Source: Candidatus Falkowbacteria bacterium
Lineage (GTDB): Bacteria; Patescibacteriota; Patescibacteriia; Patescibacteriales; UBA12465
NCBI GenBank assembly: GCA_037132255.1
Contig: JBAXPN010000001.1
Span: 191,395 to 255,394 of the forward strand
Reading direction: 5' to 3'
DNA: 64,000 bases
The number at the start of each line of letters is the position of its first letter. The first letter of the stretch is position 1. The notes under the pieces were generated by a model, which had not been told where the DNA came from, made no database searches, and worked only from the letters and a program-made list of their open reading frames with translations. This document shows positions 47,670 through 56,374 of the stretch, in pieces. Made by a program: the position numbers and the translations under genes.

Positions 47670-48635
47670 ATGTTTTATCCCCTCGAACTATTTGCAAATT
47701 GGCTAACATTCTCAGTTTTTAGGCTTGCGCAGAATACGAAAAGCGGAGAAGTTCTGAGCTATTTTATTTTCGATACCTTAAAAATTATCATTCTTCTGTT
47801 CATTATTATCTTTCTTGTTTCCTTTATCAGGACGTACCTTCCAGCAGATAAAGTTAGAATATTTCTAGCGAAGAAACGAAAACTAAGCGCACATATTTTA
47901 GCCTCACTACTGGGCATAATAACACCATTTTGTTCCTGTTCGGCTGTGCCCCTATTTTTAGGGTTCGTTGAGGCGGGCATACCGCTTGGCGTAACTTTCT
48001 CTTTTTTAGTAGCATCACCAATGATTAACGAAGTCGCTTTAGTTTTATTATTAGGACTCTTTGGCTGGAAAATCGCTCTCATATATATTATTAGTGGACT
48101 ACTTATCGCAATAATATCCGGTCTTATAATCGGTCGTTTAAAAGTGGAGCATCTCATCGCTGATTTTGTCTGGACTAAAAATGAAAACAAAATTAAAACA
48201 AATAGCACTCAAAAGACATTTAATGAAAGGGTTCGTTATTCAAAAAAATATGCCCTGAATATTATTAAAAATGTCTGGGCATATATTATTATTGGAGTCG
48301 GCCTTGGCGCCTGGATTCACGGATACGTGCCAGCTGATTTTTTAATAAAATATGCTGGGGCGGGAAAATGGTATGCCGTCCCCTTAGCCACATTAATCGG
48401 AATACCATTATACTCAAATACTGCTGGGGTCATCCCGCTTGTTAGCGCCCTCACAGAGAAGGGTCTAGCGATTGGCACAACCCTAGCGTTTATGATGGCC
48501 GTAACCGCGCTTTCGCTTCCCGAGTTTATGATTTTAAAAAGAATCATGAAAACAAAACTTATTGTTATATTTGCCTCAGTTGTTGGCTCAGGCATAATTA
48601 TCGTCGGCTACCTATTTAATTATATTTTAAAATAG
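47670..48635 (+). CDS. DUF318/ArsP-like permease
   Basis: About 8 TM helices and a TPFCSCS motif (ILASLLGIITPFCSCSAVPLF), which is the signature of the ArsP organoarsenical-efflux-permease family. Confidence 0.65.
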   Translation: MFYPLELFANWLTFSVFRLAQNTKSGEVLSYFIFDTLKIIILLFIIIFLVSFIRTYLPADKVRIFLAKKRKLSAHILASLLGIITPFCSCSAVPLFLGFVEAGIPLGVTFSFLVASPMINEVALVLLLGLFGWKIALIYIISGLLIAIISGLIIGRLKVEHLIADFVWTKNENKIKTNSTQKTFNERVRYSKKYALNIIKNVWAYIIIGVGLGAWIHGYVPADFLIKYAGAGKWYAVPLATLIGIPLYSNTAGVIPLVSALTEKGLAIGTTLAFMMAVTALSLPEFMILKRIMKTKLIVIFASVVGSGIIIVGYLFNYILK

Positions 48636-49108
48636 TGTTAATAATATTAACTTCTAAATGTATGGAAGATAAACAAATTTTTTCAAACAATAAAGAAAAA
48701 AATGAGACTAAGACCTGGCACGAGAAACATATTGTAAGCTCAAGTTGGGGACAAAAAGTCGCCGATAGCACAGCAAATTTGATGGGCTCTTGGAAATTCA
48801 TTATTGGTCAGACAATTTTTGTCATCCTCTGGATGTCGCTAAATACAATTGCCTATATAAACCATTGGGATATTTATCCATTCATTCTTCTCAATCTAAT
48901 ATTTTCTACTCAGGCGGCGTATGCTGCGCCGATAATTATGATGGCACAAAATCGCCAAAATGACCGTGACCGCTTTCAAGCTAAAGAAGATTATTCCACC
49001 AATCTTTCGGCAAAAAAAGAAATTGAAGACTTGCAAACTTCTTTAGCGCGAATCGAAACCGAAAAATTAGATAAAATTATTGATATTCTAAATAAATCAA
49101 CAAAATAA
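48635..49108 (+). CDS. DUF1003 membrane protein
   Basis: Carries LNLIFSTQAAYAAPIIMMAQNRQNDRDR, the conserved DUF1003 core. The annotated start is a GTG overlapping the upstream stop; the in-frame ATG at 48662 is an alternative start. Confidence 0.65.
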   Translation: MLIILTSKCMEDKQIFSNNKEKNETKTWHEKHIVSSSWGQKVADSTANLMGSWKFIIGQTIFVILWMSLNTIAYINHWDIYPFILLNLIFSTQAAYAAPIIMMAQNRQNDRDRFQAKEDYSTNLSAKKEIEDLQTSLARIETEKLDKIIDILNKSTK

Positions 49109-49113
49109 TTGAA

Positions 49114-49275
49114 ATGGATAAAAAAATTATAATTTTAGGAATGTGCTTTGGTTCGATAATAGGATCATATTTGCCGACACTATTCGGGGCAAACATTTTT
49201 TCAATTGTCAGCGTATTAAGCGGCGCTGTCGGGGGATTACTGGGCATCTGGTTATCATATCGGATATTAAACTGA
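49114..49275 (+). CDS. Small membrane protein (53 aa), GlsB/YeaQ/YmgE-like
   Basis: Not in the ORF track. Sequence MDKKIIILGMCFGSIIGSYLPTLFGANIFSIVSVLSGAVGGLLGIWLSYRILN has the Gly-rich two-helix pattern of this family. Confidence 0.35.
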   Translation: MDKKIIILGMCFGSIIGSYLPTLFGANIFSIVSVLSGAVGGLLGIWLSYRILN

Positions 49276-49307
49276 TCATTTCATAACAAATATGTTATAA
49301 TCATCTT

Positions 49308-50111
49308 ATGAAAAGAAAAACAAAAATCAAACATTATAAAATATATATACTGATATTTATCGGCGGAATTATTATTGGATCTGGTATTTTTTGTCTGTAT
49401 TCTATTTTAAAAAACAAAGACACAATAGCCCAAAACGATTCTAATATAAATTACGCTGTCTTCAATTGCGTAAATAGCAAAACAATCCAAGCAATTTTTT
49501 TTAATGGCAAGGTTGAACTTATACTAAATGATGGGCGGAATCTGCTTCTTGAACAGGCGATTTCCGCTTCTGGCGCCAGGTATGCGAATAGCGACGAAAG
49601 TATTGTTTTTTGGAATAAGGGAAATACCGCCTTTATCGAAGAAGCTGGCCAAGTAAGCTTTTCTGACTGTAGTGAAGGGAACAAAACAGATTCAACGCTA
49701 GCTGGTTTAAATTCTCAAGAAAGCGGAAATAATCAAATCGATTCAAGCTCGCCAATTTTACCACTATACCCAAACTTAACTTGGAATAAGGAAGTTGCCA
49801 CAACAACTGTTGCTTTTGGCATGTATCTAACTGGAACGAGAATTAATTCTAAGCAAATTAGCGATAGCGCCTATTATAAATCAACTTCTTTATTCGATAA
49901 GTATTACGACAACCAATTAACGGCTAATGGCTGGGGAAAAAATAAAGATTATGTCGCCGATGGGCCAGGCACATCTATCTGGGCGTATACAAAGGGTAGT
50001 AAGATTATTGTTCTGTCTTATACGTCCGAAGAATTAAATCCAAGCACGAATCGACCTTTCTCATGTCCCTGTCAAATGACATTCTCGATATTTTACGGTG
50101 AAATCAAATAA
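49308..50111 (+). CDS. Membrane-anchored protein with an N-terminal MliC-like (C-type lysozyme inhibitor) domain
   Basis: After the signal anchor: ...FNCVNSKTIQAIFFNGKVELILNDGRNLLLEQAISASGARYANSDESIVFWNKGNTAFIEEAGQVSFSDC.... The Cys...SGARY...W.KG...C pattern is MliC-like. The C-terminal ~130 aa is unknown. Confidence 0.5.
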   Translation: MKRKTKIKHYKIYILIFIGGIIIGSGIFCLYSILKNKDTIAQNDSNINYAVFNCVNSKTIQAIFFNGKVELILNDGRNLLLEQAISASGARYANSDESIVFWNKGNTAFIEEAGQVSFSDCSEGNKTDSTLAGLNSQESGNNQIDSSSPILPLYPNLTWNKEVATTTVAFGMYLTGTRINSKQISDSAYYKSTSLFDKYYDNQLTANGWGKNKDYVADGPGTSIWAYTKGSKIIVLSYTSEELNPSTNRPFSCPCQMTFSIFYGEIK

Positions 50112-50751
50112 ACCTATGAAAGAAAACCGCGAAAATTTTTGCACTTTATATATTGTGAGACACGGTGAAACCGAATGGAACGCCGCCAAAATAACACAGG
50201 GGCAAACCGATTCGCCACTAACTAATAATGGCATTAGCCAAGTATTAACGACCGCCAAAGAACTTAAAAATATAAAATTTAATGCAATATATTCTTCAGA
50301 TTTAGGCCGAACAAAACAAAGTGCCGAAATTCTTAAAATGGAAAGGGAATTAGCCATAGAAACTTCTAAGGCACTCCGAGAAAGAAATTATGGCAGCTTC
50401 GAAAGTCGACCTTCGACTGACTTTAAAGACGCCTTTCGCGATATAAGGGAAAATATAATGCAATTATCTGAAGAGGAGAGAGTAAATTTTAAATTCGCTG
50501 ACGATATTGAAAGTGATGCCGAAATTATTGCCCGATTTATCACTAAACTTCGAGAAATATCAGTCGCTAATCCCGCACAAAAAATTCTCGTAAGCACCCA
50601 TGGCGGCCCAATACGTCTCTTATTAATCCATACTGGATATTATAAACGCGGTGAATTGCCACCGGGCTCGATTGCCAACGCTGCTTATGTTAAACTTCTT
50701 TGTGATGGTATAGATTTTTTCATCGAAGAAGTAAAAGGTATTAAAAAATAA
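50098..50751 (+). CDS. Histidine phosphatase family protein (phosphoglycerate-mutase-like)
   Basis: LYIVRHGETEWN (RHG catalytic motif) and ...STHGGPIRLLL.... Confidence 0.75.
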   Translation: MKSNKPMKENRENFCTLYIVRHGETEWNAAKITQGQTDSPLTNNGISQVLTTAKELKNIKFNAIYSSDLGRTKQSAEILKMERELAIETSKALRERNYGSFESRPSTDFKDAFRDIRENIMQLSEEERVNFKFADDIESDAEIIARFITKLREISVANPAQKILVSTHGGPIRLLLIHTGYYKRGELPPGSIANAAYVKLLCDGIDFFIEEVKGIKK

Positions 50752-50763
50752 TAAATAAACCAT

Positions 50764-51168
50764 ATGACTAAAAAAATGAAAATAATTTCGATTTTACTCG
50801 CTTCGGCAATTATTGTTGTAGCCGTGCTTGTATATTCCAATTCAAAATCAAAAACTAATTTAAATATTCAAAACACCAACAGCAATTCTTCCGTTTCCTT
50901 CGCCCAGTGTCTAAAGAACCAGGGAGCCTTGTTCTATGGCGCTTTTTGGTGCTCACATTGTCAAAATCAAAAAGCAATGTTCGGCTCAGATGCGAAAGAT
51001 TTACCATTTGTTGAATGCTCAACTCCTGACGGTCAGGGTCAATTAGCAATTTGCCAACAAAATAACATTCCTGGCTATCCAACCTGGGTTTTTAAAGACG
51101 GCTCTCGCCTATCAGGCGAATTAACGCTAACACAGCTCGCTGAAAAAACTGGATGCACCCAAAAGTAA
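50764..51168 (+). CDS. Membrane-anchored thioredoxin-fold (DsbA/BdbD-like) protein
   Basis: N-terminal TM and the active site FWCSHCQ (CxxC). It is paired with the downstream DsbB-like gene. Confidence 0.6.
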   Translation: MTKKMKIISILLASAIIVVAVLVYSNSKSKTNLNIQNTNSNSSVSFAQCLKNQGALFYGAFWCSHCQNQKAMFGSDAKDLPFVECSTPDGQGQLAICQQNNIPGYPTWVFKDGSRLSGELTLTQLAEKTGCTQK

Positions 51169-51186
51169 ATTAAAAGAAAAATTGAT

Positions 51187-51729
51187 ATGATTGAAAATTT
51201 TAATCAAGTTATCGGAGCCCTAACAATATTTGCTCAAATAGCAAGCATCAGCGGCCTCGTCTATTTATTCTTACCAAATATAAAGCATAATATCCGTCTC
51301 GATAATTTTATTAGAAACTGGGGAGTTCCGCTCACATTTATAATCGCTTTAACAGCTACACTGGGAAGTCTTTTTTATTCTGAGATTGCCGGTTATCCAC
51401 CCTGCGAATTATGTTGGTATCAAAGAATATTCATGTACCCTCAGGTTCTCCTACTCGGACTTGCCTCTTGGCGGAAAGAAAATAATATAATCCGCTACAG
51501 TCTAATTCTAACTGTCATCGGTTTTATTATTGCCGCATACCATAGCTATATTGCCTATGCTGGATCAAGCTCAGCTGCTTGCTCAGCCGTCGCCTTTACG
51601 GGAATATCCTGCCTGCGCCGATATGTTTTAACTTTTAACTATATAACCATCCCCATAATGGCCGCCAGTGCTTTCGCGCTTATGATTGTTATCCTATTAA
51701 ATGTGAATAAAATTCGCAAAAGAAACTAA
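51187..51729 (+). CDS. Disulfide bond formation protein B (DsbB/BdbC family)
   Basis: Four TM helices. CELCWYQRIFMYP is the first periplasmic CxxC loop, and a second Cys pair is in ...SAACSAVAFTGISC.... Confidence 0.7.
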   Translation: MIENFNQVIGALTIFAQIASISGLVYLFLPNIKHNIRLDNFIRNWGVPLTFIIALTATLGSLFYSEIAGYPPCELCWYQRIFMYPQVLLLGLASWRKENNIIRYSLILTVIGFIIAAYHSYIAYAGSSSAACSAVAFTGISCLRRYVLTFNYITIPIMAASAFALMIVILLNVNKIRKRN

Positions 51730-51817
51730 TAGCGGTCGCAATTTAGCTAAAAATAAACAAATATATAAAAAACACTCTCTCCGGAAAGTGGTTTTTTTAT
51801 TATAGCTCTCACATCTA

Positions 51818-51846
51818 TTGACAAATATCAAATTAGGTGATATTAT
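51818..51846 (+). promoter_or_regulatory. Consensus-like sigma70 promoter (TTGACA-17-TATTAT)
   Basis: -35 TTGACA at 51818-51823, a 17-nt spacer, and -10 at 51841-51846. It lies downstream of the dsbB terminator-like hairpin and about 110 bp upstream of the DUF1294 gene. Confidence 0.5.
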
Positions 51847-51958
51847 AGAATGTTAAACAAAAAATATATGGGATTCTTAGACGCATTAATCGGCCAAATT
51901 CTTGGCGGAGCGAAAAAATAATTTAATAATTTGTTGATTAAAAACGCCAAAAAGCGCC

Positions 51959-52315
51959 ATGATTTTTTTGTGTCTTAAAAAGCGACCCCCGATGTCGTTT
52001 TATGTTATAATTTTATATATGGCAATTGAAGTAATTATAAAATATTTAACTTATCTAATTATTGCAATTAATCTGCTTTCATTTTTTATTGTTTTTTTGG
52101 ATAAGAAAAAAGCAGAAAATGAAACAGAGAGAATTAGCGAAAAGACCTTATTTGCCTTGGCTATTCTTTTTGGTGGTATCGGAATATATTTTGCTATGTT
52201 TAGCTTTCATCATAAAACAAAAAAATGGTATTTCGTTTTAGGAATACCATTTATAATCGCCGCTAATATTTATCTACTGAATATTGCTTTAAACTTTTTA
52301 AATAGACAAGTCTAA
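51959..52315 (+). CDS. DUF1294 membrane protein
   Basis: ...ISEKTLFALAILFGGIGIYFAMFSFHHKTKKWYF... matches the DUF1294 core. Confidence 0.55.
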   Translation: MIFLCLKKRPPMSFYVIILYMAIEVIIKYLTYLIIAINLLSFFIVFLDKKKAENETERISEKTLFALAILFGGIGIYFAMFSFHHKTKKWYFVLGIPFIIAANIYLLNIALNFLNRQV

Positions 52316-54091
52316 CCATTCCTCCTCAAGGGATTTAATTTCTGCCTCAATATTATCTAATTCGGCTTTTTTGTTTGAATCGTAATTTACAATATTATCC
52401 AAAAAATATTGATGAATTGCTGAGCGCTCCTCAGATAGTTTTGTTAATTTACTTTCTAAACTTTTTATTCTTTTCTTATTTTCTTTTTTTAAATCATAAG
52501 ACGAGTTAGCTTTAGCGGACACCGAAACATTTACATCCTCATTACTTGCGACCAGTCGCTTTTCTAATTGAGAAACATAATCTTCGTAGTCATGATAATG
52601 GCGCTTAACTCGACCTTCAGTAATTTCAATTATTTCGCTTGCCAGCATATTCGCAAAGGTTCGGTCATGGCTTGTAAATATTATGGTGCCATTGAACTCA
52701 ACTAAGGCCGCCCCTAGAGCCTCTATAGTCTCAAAATCAAGATGATTAGTCGGTTCATCGAGAATTAGGACGTCTGGCTTGCCAAGCAACAGGCCGGCCA
52801 ATATTAGGCGTGATTTCTCGCCGCCGCTTAAAACACCGACGGTCTTTTTTAAGTCATCACCGGAAAACAGAAAATCACCCGCCATTTGCAAAACTTTTTC
52901 GGTTTTTAAATTAACATCAGCCAAACGACGTAAATAATCACCGAGTTGTTCGTCCGGATTTAAGTCGTGAGCGGATAGTTGAGCATAGTAAGCAATTTTT
53001 AAATCGGCGAACCAGGAATATTTACCGGTAATCGGCGTTAATTCTCCTGCTAATGTTTTTAAAAAAGTACTTTTGCCCTGACCGTTATCCCCAACAACAA
53101 TTATTTTTTCTCCGCTTTTGACATCAAAATCAAAACCCGAGGCTAATACTTTGCTATCATAACCAATAGCCATATCTCGAATCGCTAAAACGCGATTTTT
53201 CTTTTTTTCAATCGGCGGAATATTTATTCGGACATTACTTGAATTATGTTCGATACTGATTTTATGCGTTTGTAGTTTATCAATTTTCTTGATGAAAGCC
53301 TGAGCCTGAGCCGCCTTCGAAGACTTATAGCGAAAACGGTCGACGAAATCTTGCATATGTTTCTGCTCGCGAACTAATTTCTCGTTTATTTTATGTTCAC
53401 TCGCCGCACGTTGTTCCTTGTAAGCCAAGTAGGCTTCAAGGGGCTGTGGAAAAGCTAAACAACGATGCGGAGTGATTTCCATTGTTTCTAAGCAGGTATT
53501 TTTCAAAAACTCCCGATCATGAGAAATTATCAGAAAACCGCCTTTATATGTTTTTAAAAATTCTTCGAGCAATAATATAGTTCCTAAGTCTAAATAATTA
53601 GTTGGTTCGTCAAGTAGAAATAGATTAGGTTCAAGAAGTAACATGGCACTTAACTTTAAACGCATTTGCCACCCGCCCGAAAGCTCAGTAATCGAACACT
53701 CTAATTGCTCGGCCGTAAATCTAAAACGACTTGCTACCTTTCGGCATTGCCATTCTTCTCTTGCGCTCATCCTCATAAGATAAGTTAAACCATTTTCGCT
53801 CACTAGAAAATTATTCTCTTGCTCAATATAGCCGATCTTTGCCTCACGACTAATAATGACGTTACCGCCATCAGCCTCTTCGCTGCCAAGGATAATTCTA
53901 AACATTGTTGATTTACCGGCGCCATTTCGTCCGATAATACCAATCTTCTGCTTTGGAAAAACACTAAAAGAGAGGCCAGAGAAAATTGTCTGACCACTAT
54001 ATTTCTTGCTCAAATTATTAACTTGAAGAAAGGGAACCATAAAATATGTATTTAATACTAATATAATAGATATATTCTGGTAATTGAGCAA
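52298..54091 (-). CDS. ABC-F family ATPase (tandem ABC domains, no TMD; EttA/Uup-like translation factor)
   Basis: Two Walker A motifs (GRNGAGKST, GDNGQGKST), two ABC signature motifs (LSGGWQMRL, LSGGEKSRL), and an inter-domain linker plus C-terminal coiled coil. Confidence 0.85.
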   Translation of the reverse strand: MLNYQNISIILVLNTYFMVPFLQVNNLSKKYSGQTIFSGLSFSVFPKQKIGIIGRNGAGKSTMFRIILGSEEADGGNVIISREAKIGYIEQENNFLVSENGLTYLMRMSAREEWQCRKVASRFRFTAEQLECSITELSGGWQMRLKLSAMLLLEPNLFLLDEPTNYLDLGTILLLEEFLKTYKGGFLIISHDREFLKNTCLETMEITPHRCLAFPQPLEAYLAYKEQRAASEHKINEKLVREQKHMQDFVDRFRYKSSKAAQAQAFIKKIDKLQTHKISIEHNSSNVRINIPPIEKKKNRVLAIRDMAIGYDSKVLASGFDFDVKSGEKIIVVGDNGQGKSTFLKTLAGELTPITGKYSWFADLKIAYYAQLSAHDLNPDEQLGDYLRRLADVNLKTEKVLQMAGDFLFSGDDLKKTVGVLSGGEKSRLILAGLLLGKPDVLILDEPTNHLDFETIEALGAALVEFNGTIIFTSHDRTFANMLASEIIEITEGRVKRHYHDYEDYVSQLEKRLVASNEDVNVSVSAKANSSYDLKKENKKRIKSLESKLTKLSEERSAIHQYFLDNIVNYDSNKKAELDNIEAEIKSLEEEWLDLSI

Positions 54092-54157
54092 ATCTTGCCA
54101 TAATTATGAAAATACCCTATGCTGTAAAAGTGAATAAGCTTATAAGATAAATTCCAT

Positions 54158-54280
54158 ATGGCTAAAAGAGACACCGGGGTCGGGAAAATGAAAAAATCCC
54201 ACTCCCATAAAACAGCAAAACGGTTAGAAATCAAGCGTTTAATGCTTGCCGCCCTTGCCGCAAAAAGAAGTCATCGATAG
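54158..54280 (+). CDS. Candidate small basic protein (40 aa, MAKRDTGVGKMKKSHSHKTAKRLEIKRLMLAALAAKRSHR), with a possible bL28-like N-terminal motif
   Basis: Not in the ORF track. Very basic sequence in which SHSHKTAKRL resembles the bL28 signature SH(s/a)n.KTkRrf. It is far shorter than bL28, and no Shine-Dalgarno sequence was seen. Confidence 0.25.
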   Translation: MAKRDTGVGKMKKSHSHKTAKRLEIKRLMLAALAAKRSHR

Positions 54281-54429
54281 ATAATTGAGGACATATTTTT
54301 GATTAACCTGCTATTTAGTGGGTTTTTTTGTTGGTTATTACTCTTATAGCTTAAATATTAGTAATAAATTTTAGATAGTGCTATATTTTTAATGGCATTG
54401 TACTTTATTTAACTTATCTAAAAAGGGAG

Positions 54430-54633
54430 GTGAACATGGATTCGCAAATTAGAGAAGAAGACAAATTCAAAAAAGCATTACAAAAGACAAATTCAAAAAA
54501 GCTAAAAAGGCAAAAATATGAGGAGCTTTTAGCCGAATCAGAAAAAGAACCTGGATTCTTCCGCAAAATTTTCTCGAGATTAACTATAGTCCCGGGCTTT
54601 GCCCTAAATAGTCCAGTTCCGACCGAAGAATAA
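54430..54633 (+). CDS. Small Lys-rich hypothetical protein (67 aa)
   Basis: Strong Shine-Dalgarno sequence AAAGGGAGGTGAACATG and a terminator directly downstream. The overlapping minus-strand ORF 54414-54803 is judged spurious. Confidence 0.45.
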   Translation: MNMDSQIREEDKFKKALQKTNSKKLKRQKYEELLAESEKEPGFFRKIFSRLTIVPGFALNSPVPTEE

Positions 54634-54647
54634 ATCAAAAACATCAT

Positions 54648-54676
54648 TAACCGCTCAAAAAAGGGCGGTTTTTTAT
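54648..54676 (+). terminator. Rho-independent terminator
   Basis: Hairpin CCGC-TCAAAAAAGG-GCGG followed by T6. Confidence 0.6.
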
Positions 54677-54768
54677 AACTTGACTTATTTCGATAAATGT
54701 AGTATATTTTAATATCGAACTTTAAAAATAAATTTCTAACCAAATATCTAACCAAAAAACGACGAACG

Positions 54769-55494
54769 ATGAAAACATCAGATTTAGTTAACAGAAGCGC
54801 CAAATATTCATGGTATTATCTCCTCCTAGCAGTATTAATTTTTTTCGTTGCAACGAAAGTAAAATTAATATACGGCGTGAACGTTTCCGATTACCAGATA
54901 AATGATACTAGGCTTTGGCTCTATTTAGCCGCCTCATTTTATCTCGTAAACTGGATATGTGGCGCGTTTTACTTTCCGATTAAGTACCGCAAGGTGCTCA
55001 ATCGTTATTGGCTTAAAGATGCTGAACATCTCGATCTATCATTTATGCGCGGCTATATTGCTGCAATTATTACTTTTATCTATTTTATCATTCCTTGCAG
55101 CAACATCGGGTTCTGGGCCGTTCCACTTTCTATTATTTGGTTGTGTCTGCACATTCTTTTAGCCCAAACAGTGCGCACCGACAAACTATTCAAAAGGACT
55201 TCGGTAATGATAAATGAGCTAATTCTCATGCCCTTTATTACTCGACCTGCGGAAATAAAAGGCGTCTTCACTAATGTTGAATACATTCTTCCTCTTCAGG
55301 AAAATAAGGAAGAATGGATAAGGAAAACTGTCGTCGCCTACGCTTCGCATCGCCGCGCTGGCTATTTTGACTTCCTAAAAAGTCCAGAATACCCAGAAAT
55401 CATACGTCAAAATGAAGCTGAACGTCTAAAAAGACATCTTGGGGAGCAAGAAGCTTCTGATTTGTCCGCAAACATCTACAATTACTGCAACTAA
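54769..55494 (+). CDS. Hypothetical polytopic membrane protein
   Basis: Four or five hydrophobic helices and a charged C-terminal tail. No recognisable family. Confidence 0.45.
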   Translation: MKTSDLVNRSAKYSWYYLLLAVLIFFVATKVKLIYGVNVSDYQINDTRLWLYLAASFYLVNWICGAFYFPIKYRKVLNRYWLKDAEHLDLSFMRGYIAAIITFIYFIIPCSNIGFWAVPLSIIWLCLHILLAQTVRTDKLFKRTSVMINELILMPFITRPAEIKGVFTNVEYILPLQENKEEWIRKTVVAYASHRRAGYFDFLKSPEYPEIIRQNEAERLKRHLGEQEASDLSANIYNYCN

Positions 55495-55518
55495 GTAAAA
55501 AGCTCTTCGAGTTAATTT

Positions 55519-55548
55519 TAAACCCCCGATCAAACTGGGGTTTTTTAT
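55519..55548 (+). terminator. Rho-independent terminator
   Basis: Hairpin CCCCC-GATCAAACT-GGGG followed by T6. Confidence 0.7.
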
Positions 55549-55603
55549 TCTAGAAAAATAAGTCAATTTGTGCTAGAATGCGATTATAATTAATAATAAC
55601 TAT

Positions 55604-56374
55604 ATGAACACATTTTCAATCATTATCGGACTCGTTATTTTTATCTTAGCGATCTCGCTCAAAGTCGTTAAACAGTACGAACGCGCCGTTATTTTTTTCC
55701 TCGGAAAATATACCGGCATGCGCGGACCAGGTTTGATTTTTCTTGTTCCGGTGTTCGAAAAAATGTCACGCGTCGTCCTGCGAACTGTTACGATGGATAT
55801 TCCATCGCAAAAGATTATCACGCGGGATAATGTATCAATCGATATTGCCGCGGTCGCTTATTATCATATCGTTGATGCCTCTAAGGCGGTAATTGCGATT
55901 GAAAACATTTATCAAGCAGTTAATCAAATCAGCCAAACAACGGTCCGCAATGTCGTCGGGCAATTTAGCCTTGATCAACTCTTGTCGCAAACAGCACAAA
56001 TTAATGAACAAATAAAAAATGTTATCGATACCCATACCGAACCCTGGGGAGCGCAAGTAACAGCTGTTGAAATTAAAGATATATTTCTTCCGGAAAATAT
56101 GCAGAGAGCGATGGCTAAAGAAGCGGAAGCGGAGCGCGAACGTCGCGCCAAGATTGTTGCCGCTGAAGGAGAATTCCAGGCTGCCGAAAAACTTGGTCAG
56201 GCCGCTGATTTAATTTCGGCCCATCCAGTTGCATTGCAATTAAGAACTCTGCAAACTATGGCGGAAATTAGTGTAGAAAAAAATTCTACAATCATTTTTC
56301 CCGCACAATTTATGACAACCGTTGAAGAAGCCATTAAAACAATAAGACGTGAAGAAAATATTATTAAACAATAA
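55604..56374 (+). CDS. SPFH/band-7 (stomatin/prohibitin-like) membrane protein
   Basis: N-terminal TM, the SPFH core (...TRDNVSIDIAAVAYYHIVD...) and a C-terminal coiled coil rich in AEAERER. Confidence 0.8.
   Translation: MNTFSIIIGLVIFILAISLKVVKQYERAVIFFLGKYTGMRGPGLIFLVPVFEKMSRVVLRTVTMDIPSQKIITRDNVSIDIAAVAYYHIVDASKAVIAIENIYQAVNQISQTTVRNVVGQFSLDQLLSQTAQINEQIKNVIDTHTEPWGAQVTAVEIKDIFLPENMQRAMAKEAEAERERRAKIVAAEGEFQAAEKLGQAADLISAHPVALQLRTLQTMAEISVEKNSTIIFPAQFMTTVEEAIKTIRREENIIKQ

Noticed and set aside
54414-54803. 129-aa minus-strand ORF
   Set aside because: It overlaps a + strand small gene that has a near-perfect Shine-Dalgarno sequence and its own terminator, and it overlaps the start of the next + gene. 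It has no signals of its own.
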